17,406 nucleotides of DNA from Candidatus Sericytochromatia bacterium (GCA_035285125.1 JAYKHR010000149.1:1-17406); one strand, 5' to 3'; positions 8,011 to 16,637 are shown, counted from the first letter of the stretch. Notes: generated from the letters alone by a model not told the origin. A program made the numbers and translations.

Positions 8011-9774
8011 ATGCGCGCCACCCTCCTCGCCCTCGGGATCTCGACCGTCTGGACGCACCTGGCCTCGCTGGGCGCGCTGGAGTCGCTCGAGCGCCTCACG
8101 GTCCAGGCCAGGTATGCCTGTCGCGGCGAGAGGGCCCGCGAGGCGCCTGTGACGGTCGTGGCCATCGATGAGCGGTCGCTGGCGCAGCATGGCCGGATGC
8201 CATGGGATCGGCGCATCTTTGCGCGCCTGCTCGACAGGCTGGCCGACGCCGGCGCGCGCGTGGTGGGGATCGACGTGGCCTTCGCCGAGGCGGCCCGGGA
8301 CCCCGCCGAAGACCGCACCCTGGCGGCGTCCCTGGCGCGGATCCCGACGGTGCTGCCGATGTTCCTGGCCTACACGGACGCGGGCCGGCAGGCCACCCGG
8401 GCCGTCGAGCCGCTCTCGTCGCTGGCCGCCGCCGCTGTGGCGCTCGGCAGCGTGCAGCTGTCGTCCCGTCCGCAGGCCGAGGTGTGGGAGTTGGAGCCCT
8501 ACCAGCGCGTGGATGCCAGGTGGGTGCCAGCGTTCCCCGTGGCCGTCGTCGGCGCTTACAGGGGCGTGGCCTGGAGCCCCAGGGCCAGCGGCTTTCCGTG
8601 GCGCCCTGAGCCGGCGTACCTCAACTTCGAGTGCGCGGGGGCAGCCCGGGCGCTCTCGGCGGGCGAGGTCCTGGCGGGACGAGCCCCCAGGGAGGCGGTC
8701 GCCGGACGGATGGTGCTCATCGGCGCCACGGCGACGGGCCTGCCCGACACCAACTTCGCGGTGGCGGATCCCCGGCTCGGCCCGGTGGCGGGGGTGGATT
8801 TGGCGGCCATCGCCATCGAGAACCTGCTGGGCGACCGGTTCCTGCGGCGGCTGGACACGCCGGCGCTGGCCGGGATGATGGGGCTGCTGGCGCTGGGGCC
8901 CGGCCGCTGGCTGCTGCGCGCCGGCGACGGCCCCGCTCGCCGCACGGCCTGGCTCGTGGGGGCGCTGGCGGCCTGGGCCGGGCTCGCGCTGCTGGCCTTC
9001 CAGGCGGGCGTGTGGCTGGAGGCCGTCCCGGTGCTCGGGCTGCTGGCGACGTGCCACCTGGTGGGCGTGGTCGGGGAGCGCACGGAGCTGCTGCGCAGCC
9101 GCAACCAGCTGCTGGTGCGCTACGGCTCGGACCTCGCCAGCGAGGCCCAGCGGCAGCGGGCGCGCATCGAGGGCGAGCTGCATGACGGCCTCCAGCAACA
9201 ACTCGTCGTCATCGGGCGCGAGATCCGGGCCCTCCTGAAGCTGGGCGGGGGGGCCGGGAGCACCGATCGCCTCCGCTTCCTGGCCGCCCAGGCCGACGAG
9301 GCGCAGGCGGAGGTGCGGCGGCTGCGCGGCGACCTGCTGCCCCCGGCGCTGCGTCACGGGGGCCTCGCCGAGGCGCTCCCGGTGCTGGCCCTCGAGCACG
9401 GGCGCCGCAGCGGGCTGGACATCCGCGTGACCGTCGGCGCCTGGGAGCCACTGGAGGAGGGCCGCGAGGTCGAGCTGTACTGGCTCGTGGTCGAGGCGCT
9501 GAACAACGCCGAGAAGCATGCGCGGGCCGCGGTGGTGCAGGTGTGGCTCGCGCAGACGCAGCGGGAGGCGGTGCTGACCATCGCCGATGACGGCGTCGGG
9601 TTCACGCCGCCGGACCTCTCCGTGCCCCCGGAGGGGCTCGGGCAGAGCGGGCTGCACCGGATGTGGCTGCGGATGCGCAGCCACCAGGGCGATCTCACGG
9701 TCGCGGCCGCCCCGGGTCAGGGCACCAGGCTGCGCTTCACGCTCCCGCTCGAGCCGAGGAGGGCAACGCCATGA
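8011..9774 (+). CDS. CHASE2-domain sensor histidine kinase, HisKA_3 (NarX/DegS-type) transmitter
   Basis: CHASE2 motifs VVAIDERSL..GRMPWDR..FARLLDRL..AGARVVGIDVAF and GRMVLIG...GVDLAAIAIENLL; three TM segments; RIEGELHDGLQQQL H-box; EALNNAEKHA, DDGVGF, GLHRM, GQGT boxes. Confidence 0.93.
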   Translation: MRATLLALGISTVWTHLASLGALESLERLTVQARYACRGERAREAPVTVVAIDERSLAQHGRMPWDRRIFARLLDRLADAGARVVGIDVAFAEAARDPAEDRTLAASLARIPTVLPMFLAYTDAGRQATRAVEPLSSLAAAAVALGSVQLSSRPQAEVWELEPYQRVDARWVPAFPVAVVGAYRGVAWSPRASGFPWRPEPAYLNFECAGAARALSAGEVLAGRAPREAVAGRMVLIGATATGLPDTNFAVADPRLGPVAGVDLAAIAIENLLGDRFLRRLDTPALAGMMGLLALGPGRWLLRAGDGPARRTAWLVGALAAWAGLALLAFQAGVWLEAVPVLGLLATCHLVGVVGERTELLRSRNQLLVRYGSDLASEAQRQRARIEGELHDGLQQQLVVIGREIRALLKLGGGAGSTDRLRFLAAQADEAQAEVRRLRGDLLPPALRHGGLAEALPVLALEHGRRSGLDIRVTVGAWEPLEEGREVELYWLVVEALNNAEKHARAAVVQVWLAQTQREAVLTIADDGVGFTPPDLSVPPEGLGQSGLHRMWLRMRSHQGDLTVAAAPGQGTRLRFTLPLEPRRATP

Positions 9775-10424
9775 CGACCCCCATCCGCGTGGTGGTGGTG
9801 GACGACCACCCGATGGTGCTCCGCGGCACCTGCGAGATGCTGGAGGCGGCGCCGGATCTGGCCGTTGTCGCGCGGGGCCGTGACGGGGACGAGGCCCTCG
9901 CACACGTGGCCGCCCACCGCCCCGACGTGCTGGTCGTGGACGTGCAGATGCCCCGCCGCGACGGCCTGTCCGTCGTGCGGGAGCTGCGGAGCCGAGGGGA
10001 CGGCACGGGCATCGTGATGCTGACGTCGGCGGACGACGAGACGACGATTTTGCGGGCCCTGCAGGCGGGGGCCAACGGCTACCTGCTCAAGACGGCCGAC
10101 GAAGACGAGATGCAGCGGGCCGTGCGGCTGGTGGCGGCCGGGAAGCCCGCCATCCTGCAGCCCGAGGTGGCCCAGGCGATGATGGCCTCCTGGAAGACGG
10201 CGGGGGGAGAAGAGCCGCTCTCGGAGCGGGAGGTCGAGATCCTGAAGACCCTCGCCAAGGACCTCTCGAACAAGGAAATCGCCGCCCGCCTCGGGATCAG
10301 CGATCGGACGGTGCAGCAGCACCTCTCGAACATCTTCTCCAAGCTCGGCGTGGCGTCCCGCACCGGTGCCGTGCTGAAGGCCCTGCGGATGGGCACCATC
10401 ACGCTGGAGGACGCCCGCACATGA
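9771..10424 (+). CDS. NarL/LuxR-family response regulator (REC + HTH)
   Basis: VVVVDDHPMVLRG, VDVQMP phosphoacceptor, MLTS, GYLLK, LSEREVEIL...SNKEIAARLGISDRTVQQHLSNIFSKL. ATG 9771 overlaps the kinase stop (ATGA). Confidence 0.95.
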   Translation: MTTPIRVVVVDDHPMVLRGTCEMLEAAPDLAVVARGRDGDEALAHVAAHRPDVLVVDVQMPRRDGLSVVRELRSRGDGTGIVMLTSADDETTILRALQAGANGYLLKTADEDEMQRAVRLVAAGKPAILQPEVAQAMMASWKTAGGEEPLSEREVEILKTLAKDLSNKEIAARLGISDRTVQQHLSNIFSKLGVASRTGAVLKALRMGTITLEDART

Positions 10425-11494
10425 GGGCCCTGCTGCCCCACGTCGCCCTCGCCCTGGTCGCGGTGGGCCTGCTCGCCGCCCCCAGCGCCGCTGTCGGGGA
10501 GGCCACGGCCCCGACCGCGACCCTCCTGGAGGTCGCCGGCCCCGTCACGTGGCGGGCGGACGGCCGGGCGCCCTTCAAGGACGCGCGCGGGGGCGAGCTG
10601 CTGTTCACGGGGGCCGTGGTCCGCACTGGACCCAAAGGGCAGGCCCGGCTGCGGTGGCGCAACGGGGGGGACTTCCGGCTGATGCCCCTGAGCGAGCTCG
10701 AGATCCCGGCCGACGAGGGCGTGCTGCTCAAGCTGGGCAAGGTCTGGGCGTCGTTCCAGGAGAAGCTGCTGGCCCCCTTCTACTTCCGCTCGCCGAGCGC
10801 CACGGCCGTCGTCAGAGGCACGATCCTCGCGGTGGGCCTGGCCCCGGACGGCACCACGGAGGTGGAGGTGCTGGAGGGCCGGGTGGAGGTGGCGAGCCGC
10901 CAGGGTGGCCCCGCGCGGATGCTGGAGCCCGGGCAGTCGCTGATCGTCGCCCCGTTCGGGCCCCTGGGGCCCATCCAGCCCGTGCGGCCCGACGTTCCCC
11001 GGCTGTACGAGCGGCGGTTGCCGGCGCCGGAGCAACCCGGCCGGGAGCCCGCGCCTGCCGGCGCCTTCGACTGGCTGCGCCAGCAGCGGGCGGCCGTGCG
11101 CCTCGAGCCGATGCGGGAGGTGGAGCGGGGCCGCCACGGGCGCAGGCCCCCGCAGCCGGAGGGCCAGCCCCACCCGGACCTGGCCCCAGGCCCCCAGCCG
11201 GACAGGCCGCCCCATCCCGAGGACGACGGCCAGGTCGGGCAGCGCTCGGGCGTGTTCCTGCGTCCCCGTGGCGGCCGGGGCCTGGAGGCGCGCCCGCGGG
11301 CCGGGGACGCCACCGATCGCCGCCCGTTGGCGGCCGACCCCGCCTACGCCTTCCCGGCCGGGCGGCCCCCGGGCCACGGCCCCCAGCCCCCCCGCTGCGC
11401 CCCCCCGAATGCCCCCCCCGAGATGCGGGGGCAGTGCCCCCCTGAACCGCCGCCGGGCGCCCCTGGCCCGATGGGCCCCGGGGGGCGGCCATGA
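10421..11494 (+). CDS. Exported FecR-domain protein with Pro-rich disordered C-terminal tail
   Basis: Signal peptide (MRALLPHVALALVAVGLLAAPSAA); VRTGPKGQARL..NGGDFRL..LSEL, LKLGKVW, RSPSATAVVRGT, TEVEVLEGRVEV, LEPGQ are FecR-domain motifs. ATGA overlap. Confidence 0.88.
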   Translation: MRALLPHVALALVAVGLLAAPSAAVGEATAPTATLLEVAGPVTWRADGRAPFKDARGGELLFTGAVVRTGPKGQARLRWRNGGDFRLMPLSELEIPADEGVLLKLGKVWASFQEKLLAPFYFRSPSATAVVRGTILAVGLAPDGTTEVEVLEGRVEVASRQGGPARMLEPGQSLIVAPFGPLGPIQPVRPDVPRLYERRLPAPEQPGREPAPAGAFDWLRQQRAAVRLEPMREVERGRHGRRPPQPEGQPHPDLAPGPQPDRPPHPEDDGQVGQRSGVFLRPRGGRGLEARPRAGDATDRRPLAADPAYAFPAGRPPGHGPQPPRCAPPNAPPEMRGQCPPEPPPGAPGPMGPGGRP

Positions 11495-12240
11495 GGGGCC
11501 GGCGGCTGCGCACCGCGCTCTGTGCCCTGGCGGCGTGGGCCTGGCCCCTGCCGGCCCACGCGCTGGCCTACGGCGGCTGGACGGCCGGCGCCTCCCTCGA
11601 CACCTACCACAGCGACGTCACAACCCGCGGGCTGACGATCGGCACCACGGCCCTGCCCAGCACCAGCCAGGACCTCGGCCTGAACCTGGGCCTCACGTTC
11701 GGCAACGTCTTCGTGCTGACGCCCGACGTGGACACCTGGGTGCTGGCGAGCGCGCAGGGGCGGGCCGGCGCCTGGGCCCAGCCCAGCACGACGGCCTGGG
11801 GGTCGCTGTACTCGAACACGGTCTGGCGCCTGGACGGGGGCCGGGAGGCTTACGCGCTGCTGGGCACCACGCGGTTCTGGGACGTCGGCTGGTACCAGGC
11901 GGCCGAGGGGGGGCTGATCCAGCCCCTCTGGGACGGCGCGCGCGGCCGGCTGCAGCTCGGCGCGGGGCGCCACGCCACGGACGCCGGCAGCGGGGACTTC
12001 TGGATGCCCTCGGCGGGCCTGGGGCTGGACCTCACGTGGCCGAGCGGCACGGGCCTCGGCCTGCGCTGGGCCTACCAGCACCTCGTCTACGCCACGGGGG
12101 CCGAGCCCCGACAGCAGGCCTATGCCATCGCCTCCCAGCGCCTCGGGGAGGGCTGGGAGGCCCACCTCCAGGTGCTGCGCTCGTTCGGGGACGCCCGCGC
12201 GGACGGGTACGTTGGCACCGGGCTGGGTTACGAGTTCTGA
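11491..12240 (+). CDS. Probable small outer-membrane beta-barrel protein
   Basis: Signal peptide ending AHA; alternating amphipathic strands rich in W/Y/G (LGLNLGLTFG, GRLQLGAG, AGLGLDLTW, LGLRWAYQ); C-terminal GTGLGYEF beta-signal. ATGA overlap. Confidence 0.75.
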   Translation: MRGRRLRTALCALAAWAWPLPAHALAYGGWTAGASLDTYHSDVTTRGLTIGTTALPSTSQDLGLNLGLTFGNVFVLTPDVDTWVLASAQGRAGAWAQPSTTAWGSLYSNTVWRLDGGREAYALLGTTRFWDVGWYQAAEGGLIQPLWDGARGRLQLGAGRHATDAGSGDFWMPSAGLGLDLTWPSGTGLGLRWAYQHLVYATGAEPRQQAYAIASQRLGEGWEAHLQVLRSFGDARADGYVGTGLGYEF

Positions 12241-12328
12241 CGCCCCGCGCCGGCACGACCCTGCTGCTGGGCCCCGTCCGAGGGCCTCGTCAGCGGGGAC
12301 GATGCCCGGGCCGTCGACGCGACGAACA

Positions 12329-12355
12329 GGGCCGCCCCCGGTCAGGGGGCGGCCC
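12329..12355 (-). terminator. GC hairpin between convergent genes, likely terminator of the HEAT-repeat gene
   Basis: GGGCCGCCCCC-ggtca-GGGGGCGGCCC perfect 11-bp stem, followed on the minus strand by TGTTCGT. A second imperfect hairpin lies at ~12259-12298. Confidence 0.65.
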
Positions 12356-12378
12356 CACAGCGGCGGTGGCCCTGCCGA

Positions 12379-13002
12379 TCAGAACCCACCCATCGCCCGG
12401 ACGGCCGCCGCCCGCACGCGCGAGGAGCCGCTGAAGCGGGCGATGCTCTCGATGTGCGCCATCGCCCGGTCGTCGGGCATGTAGCGGCCGAGGGCGATCA
12501 CGGCGGCCTCGCGCACCTCGCTGGAGCCGCTGAAGCGGGCGATCTCGAAGATGGGCTCGATGGCGGCAGCGTGGCCCGAGTGCCCCAGCGTGCGCACCGC
12601 GGCCTCCCGCACGGCGCTGGAGCCGCTGAAGCGGGCGATGTCGAGGATGGCATCCACCGCCGCCGCGCCCCCGATCCGCCCCAGCGAGCGGACAGCCGCC
12701 GCGCGCACCTCGGTCGAGCCGCTGAAGCGGGCGATGTCGAGCACCGCGGCCACGGCCTCGCTGCCGGGGTGGGCCGCAAGCGCCGTCACGGCCTGCGCCC
12801 GGACCTCGGAAGAGCCGCTCATCCGCGCCATCGAGAGGATCCGGCCGACGGCCCCGGGCACGGGCGCCGGCGTCGAGCGGACGAACGCGTCTCCGCCAAG
12901 CGTCACCGTCGTGACCGTCGTGGTCCGCGTGTGGGTCTCGACCGTGGTGGTCTTGCGGATCTGGGTGGCGGGCTGGGGCTTGGGGGCGACGGGACCAGGC
13001 AT
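12379..13002 (-). CDS. HEAT/PBS-lyase-like repeat protein
   Basis: ATG 13002 with GAGGAGAG RBS; five units of consensus I.dIARFSGSSEVRaAAV.aLG. Confidence 0.88.
   Translation of the reverse strand: MPGPVAPKPQPATQIRKTTTVETHTRTTTVTTVTLGGDAFVRSTPAPVPGAVGRILSMARMSGSSEVRAQAVTALAAHPGSEAVAAVLDIARFSGSTEVRAAAVRSLGRIGGAAAVDAILDIARFSGSSAVREAAVRTLGHSGHAAAIEPIFEIARFSGSSEVREAAVIALGRYMPDDRAMAHIESIARFSGSSRVRAAAVRAMGGF
12382..12840 (-). repeat. Five ~96-bp (32-aa) tandem HEAT units, last one partial
   Basis: Plus-strand GAGCCGCTGAAGCGGGCGAT recurs four times at 96-99 bp spacing, plus one divergent unit (MARMSGSS). Confidence 0.85.
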
Positions 13003-13029
13003 GGTGTTCTCTCCTCACACGCGTCACAA

Positions 13030-13112
13030 CTACTAAGGAGGTTATAGAAGAAGCTGTTAAGAGGCATTCTTAAGAGAGGCTTATTAACGCGGAATAAACA
13101 GCTTAACAAAAA
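13030..13112. promoter_or_regulatory. AT-rich divergent promoter region with TTAA repeats
   Basis: Conspicuously AT-rich in a GC-rich window; four TTAA-centred sites; inverted pair AAGCTGTT...AACAGCTT; lies between divergent genes. Confidence 0.6.
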
Positions 13113-13161
13113 TGGAGGTTTGGTGGCGCGCGCGGCGTGGGGAGCGTACGATGATGGCACC

Positions 13162-13965
13162 ATGCGCCTCCCTCCCCTTCGTGGCGTGCTCGCGGCCCTC
13201 GGGCTGGGGGCCGCCTTGCTGGCCACCTGGGCCGTGGCAATCGAGCCCCGGTGGCTCGAGGTCCCGATCCACCGGGTGGGTCTCGCCACGGGGGCACCGG
13301 CGTTGCGCATCGCGCTCGTGGCGGACCTGCACCTGGGGCGGGGGGCCTCACCCGACGTGGCCGGGACGCTGCGGGCCCTCGCGCCGGACCTGGTGGTGCT
13401 GGCGGGCGACGTGCTCGACGATCGGGCCCACCTGCCCGAACTCGCTCGCTTCCTCGCAGCCACGCGGGGCCTGCGCCGGGTGGCCGTGCTGGGCAACTGG
13501 GAGCATTGGGCCGGGCTGGACCTGGCCGCGCTGCGGGCCCTGTACGAGCACCAACACGGCGTGCGGCTGCTCGTCAACGAGGCCTGGACGTTCGAGGCCC
13601 GGGGCCGCCGCGTCGAGGTCGTGGGGCTGGACGACCCGACGGCCGGCCAACCCGACTTGAAGGCGGCGAAGGCCACCGGGCGCGCCGACGTGAGCCTGCT
13701 GGTGGTGCACTCCCCGGCGTACTTCGCGCCGGGCGCGCCGCTCCGGGAAGCCCGACGCTTCGACATGTGCCTGGCCGGGCACACGCACGCCGGCCAGGTG
13801 ACGCTGTTCGGCAGGCCGCTCTGGCTACCCCCTGGTAGCGGCGGCTTCAGCGCCGGGCTTTACCAGACGGCGCACGGGCCGCTGTACGTCACCCGCGGCA
13901 TCGGGACCTCCCTGGTGCCGGTGCGGCTCGGCGCGCGTCCGGAGTTACCCTTGTTCACGTGGTGA
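13162..13965 (+). CDS. Metallophosphoesterase, YkuE/YaeI-like
   Basis: N-terminal TM/signal then AIEPRWL; ADLH, LAGD, LGNWEH, HSP, GHTHAGQV, YVTRGIG motifs. TACGAT -10-like element upstream. Confidence 0.9.
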   Translation: MRLPPLRGVLAALGLGAALLATWAVAIEPRWLEVPIHRVGLATGAPALRIALVADLHLGRGASPDVAGTLRALAPDLVVLAGDVLDDRAHLPELARFLAATRGLRRVAVLGNWEHWAGLDLAALRALYEHQHGVRLLVNEAWTFEARGRRVEVVGLDDPTAGQPDLKAAKATGRADVSLLVVHSPAYFAPGAPLREARRFDMCLAGHTHAGQVTLFGRPLWLPPGSGGFSAGLYQTAHGPLYVTRGIGTSLVPVRLGARPELPLFTW

Positions 13966-14144
13966 CCCGCGAGGGCCAGAGCGGTGGCAGCCCGCGCCCG
14001 CCCGACGCGTCGCTCCGGTACCATGGGGGCGCGTCGGGCACAGGCCCCCACCCGACGCAAGGTGAAGAAGGGCCCCGGGTGGTCCTCCAGCACCTGCTGC
14101 GCCCCGCCTCGGCCGCCTCCCTGAGGGCTGAGCCCCCCGCCCCG

Positions 14145-15155
14145 ATGTTCGAACCCGCCCCCCGCTACCTGCCCTTCTCCGACGGCCGCTACACCGTGAC
14201 GGCCCGCCTGCGCGCGCTGGGCGAGGCCCCGCCGTTCCAGCTCGATGATCGCTACCTGGCCTACCTTACGGCCAAGGCCGCGAACCACCGGCGGGCCCGG
14301 GCGTCCTACCACCTGCAGCAGGGCCTCTCGGCCGACCTGGCGCGCGCCGTCGCCGCCTTCGGCGCGCGGACGCTGGCGACCCGGCACCCCTGGGCGTTCG
14401 CGCTGGAGGAAGGCGAGGCCGGCTGGGAGTTCGTCAACCGCCTGCTCGGGCTGACGCTGACGCTCGACCTCGCGGGCGGCCGCGTCACGGCCCAGCGGCG
14501 CATCCCCCCGTTGCTGCCGGAGGCCGCGGCGCTGCATGCCGACACCGACTTCACGGCCCTGCCGCCTCTTGAGGCGCTGGCCCTGCAGACCCAGGAGGAC
14601 TGGGCCGTGGTGGCGCGTGACCCCGCCACGGGGGCCGACACCACGCCCGCCATCCACGTCAGCTTCCCGAGCCACTGGCGGCCCGTGGACAAGATCGGGC
14701 GCTCCTTCGTGGCGGTGCACGCCCCCATCCCGGGCATCGACCCGCTGCTGCGCGCCGCGCCCAGCCTCCTGGAGACGATGGTGCACCGCGGGCCGTGGGA
14801 GCGTTTCACGTGGACCCTGCCGCGCCACCCCGACCTCGACGAGCACCTCGACGTCGTGGCCGGCCGGCCCAAGCCCGTGCCGAGGGCGGCCGAGGCCGGG
14901 GCGTCCGCCTGGCTGCGGGTCGAGCGGCAGGTCGTGCAGGGCTTCCCCGAAGCCGACGGGGCCCTGTTCCTGATCCGCCTGCACATCACGCGGCTCGATG
15001 AGGTCGTGGGCGACGACCCGACGGCCGCGGCGTCCCTGGCCTCGGCCATCCGCAGCAAGACCGAGGCCCAGCTGGCGTACAAGGCACTGGACGACTGGCG
15101 CGAGCCCCTGCTGGCGTACCTGGACGCGATCGCTGCGGGGCCCGCCGGCCCCTGA
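14145..15155 (+). CDS. DUF3445 / heme-dependent oxidative N-demethylase alpha-subunit-like protein
   Basis: QTQEDWAVV, FPSHWRPVDKIGRSFVAVHAPIPG, WERFTWTL, WLRVERQ...FP..DGALFLIR, LAYK. Alternative GTG start at 14079. Confidence 0.85.
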   Translation: MFEPAPRYLPFSDGRYTVTARLRALGEAPPFQLDDRYLAYLTAKAANHRRARASYHLQQGLSADLARAVAAFGARTLATRHPWAFALEEGEAGWEFVNRLLGLTLTLDLAGGRVTAQRRIPPLLPEAAALHADTDFTALPPLEALALQTQEDWAVVARDPATGADTTPAIHVSFPSHWRPVDKIGRSFVAVHAPIPGIDPLLRAAPSLLETMVHRGPWERFTWTLPRHPDLDEHLDVVAGRPKPVPRAAEAGASAWLRVERQVVQGFPEADGALFLIRLHITRLDEVVGDDPTAAASLASAIRSKTEAQLAYKALDDWREPLLAYLDAIAAGPAGP

Positions 15156-15176
15156 GCAGTGGCCACCCGCGAGCGG

Positions 15177-16637
15177 CTACCCGCCGGCCCCCGGCAGGCG
15201 CTGGGCGATGGCCCTCACGCGCGCAGGGTCCTGCACCGCGAGGAAGACCTCCGCCCACGCGGCCGCCTTGCCGCCCTGGGCCCTGGCCCGCAAGAGGGCC
15301 TCCAGGTGGACGTCCTGGAGCACCGTCGCCGCCAGCGGCGGCTGAAACCGCGTCAGCCGGCGGACCTGGAAGCGGGCGGGGGACTCGGTGGCCATGTAAC
15401 GTCCGCCCTCGCTCGCCGCAAAGGGCGTGCTCGTGCGCGTGGGGGCCCCGACCCACCACTTGCGGCGCTTGTCGTAAAGCTTGACGAGGTCCTGCCCGCC
15501 GGTCCAGACGCGGCCGGAGACGATGCCGTGGCCGGCCTGGGCATAGTTTGCCCCCACGGAGGCGTTGCCGTGGTAGATGCCGCGGCCGAGGCCGTCCAGG
15601 CCGTTGCCCACGCGGAAGCCCGTCCGGGCGATCGCCTCGCCCGCCCCCGTGCCATGGAAGAAGGGGCTGGCCGGCAGGCCCTCGGCCGCGATGGTGGCCT
15701 TGAGGGCGTCGACGACGGCCCGCGGCTGCCGGACCCGCTCCGAGGTGATGAGCGCCTCGGCCACCTGCAGCCGGGTCGCCAGCGGCACAGAAGGTTCCCA
15801 GTTGCGCGCGAGGCGGTGGGCCAGGGCGGCGACGGGCCGCTGCGCCTCGGGGCTGCGCCTGGCGAAGGCGGGGGACAGGCGCGCCAGGCCGTCGGCTTGG
15901 AGGTCCGTGGCGAAGTCGTCCGACGCCTTGAAGAAGGCCGTGTAGGGCTTGCCGGCAATGGTGGCGGGGGCCAGGCCCGCCTTCACGGCCTCCCGGTATC
16001 GGCGCATGAATGCCGGGAACTGCCGCCGGTCGACAAGCACCCGCTCGACGTCGCCCGACGCCCAGCCGAGCGCGCCTCGCAGCTGGCCGGTCGCGAAGGC
16101 GAGGTCCTCGGTGGGCCCTAGCGTCGCGAGGCGATCGCGCAGCTCGCCCGCGACGCGCTGCACGGCCTCCGGGGCCTGCTCCCGCAGCCGCCACAGCCCC
16201 TGGTCACTGAGGACGGCCACCGCCGGCCGCGGCTGGGCCAGCAGCTGCCCGGCGCGCCCGAGCTCGAGGGCCTGAATCCCATCCTGGACGCCCGCCGCTG
16301 CCAGGCCGAAGGGGGCGAGGTGGTTGACCCGCCCCATCGCCACCACCCAGTCGGCCTCGATGGGCGCCCCGGAGGTCCACCAGCGCGCATCGGAGGGGAG
16401 CAACAACGAGGGCGAGGCCACGCCGTCTGGCACGAGGGCCCGACGAACGGCCGCAACCTCGGCGGCCGGCGGGGCCGCAAGCCGACCGGAGAGGGCCTTG
16501 GCTGCCCGTGCCCGCGTGGTGAGCTGGTCGGCTCCCCAAACGGTGGCCGGCGGCAGCTCGGTGGCGTAGCCGCGCTGCAGGCGCTGCGCAACACGCTTCA
16601 GGCCGGCCGCGACGCGGCGTCTGATGGAGAAATCCAC
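15177..16637 (-). CDS. Protein with unknown N-terminal region and C-terminal PARP/diphtheria-toxin-like ADP-ribosyltransferase domain
   Basis: GTG 16637 with GAGGAG RBS; FFHGT...AIARTGF...GLGRGIY...ANYA fits the PARP-like NAD-binding signature. Confidence 0.7.
   Translation of the reverse strand: MDFSIRRRVAAGLKRVAQRLQRGYATELPPATVWGADQLTTRARAAKALSGRLAAPPAAEVAAVRRALVPDGVASPSLLLPSDARWWTSGAPIEADWVVAMGRVNHLAPFGLAAAGVQDGIQALELGRAGQLLAQPRPAVAVLSDQGLWRLREQAPEAVQRVAGELRDRLATLGPTEDLAFATGQLRGALGWASGDVERVLVDRRQFPAFMRRYREAVKAGLAPATIAGKPYTAFFKASDDFATDLQADGLARLSPAFARRSPEAQRPVAALAHRLARNWEPSVPLATRLQVAEALITSERVRQPRAVVDALKATIAAEGLPASPFFHGTGAGEAIARTGFRVGNGLDGLGRGIYHGNASVGANYAQAGHGIVSGRVWTGGQDLVKLYDKRRKWWVGAPTRTSTPFAASEGGRYMATESPARFQVRRLTRFQPPLAATVLQDVHLEALLRARAQGGKAAAWAEVFLAVQDPARVRAIAQRLPGAGG

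Noticed and set aside
11000..11494. Possible frameshift in the low-complexity FecR tail
   Set aside because: The frame stays open and ends in a precise ATGA overlap with the next gene.
7939..12434. ORFs 7939-9903(-), 10079-11377(-), 11268-12434(+)
   Set aside because: Overlap well-supported genes; Arg/Pro/Gly-rich with no domain signal.
12382..12840. Regularly spaced ~20-bp DNA repeats suggesting CRISPR
   Set aside because: In-frame coding HEAT repeats with 96-99 bp period and similar 'spacers'; no cas genes.
13489..13509. GNWE instead of GNH in the metallophosphoesterase
   Set aside because: As far as I recall this is a known variant among YkuE-like proteins; the other metal motifs are intact, so it is not evidence of inactivation.
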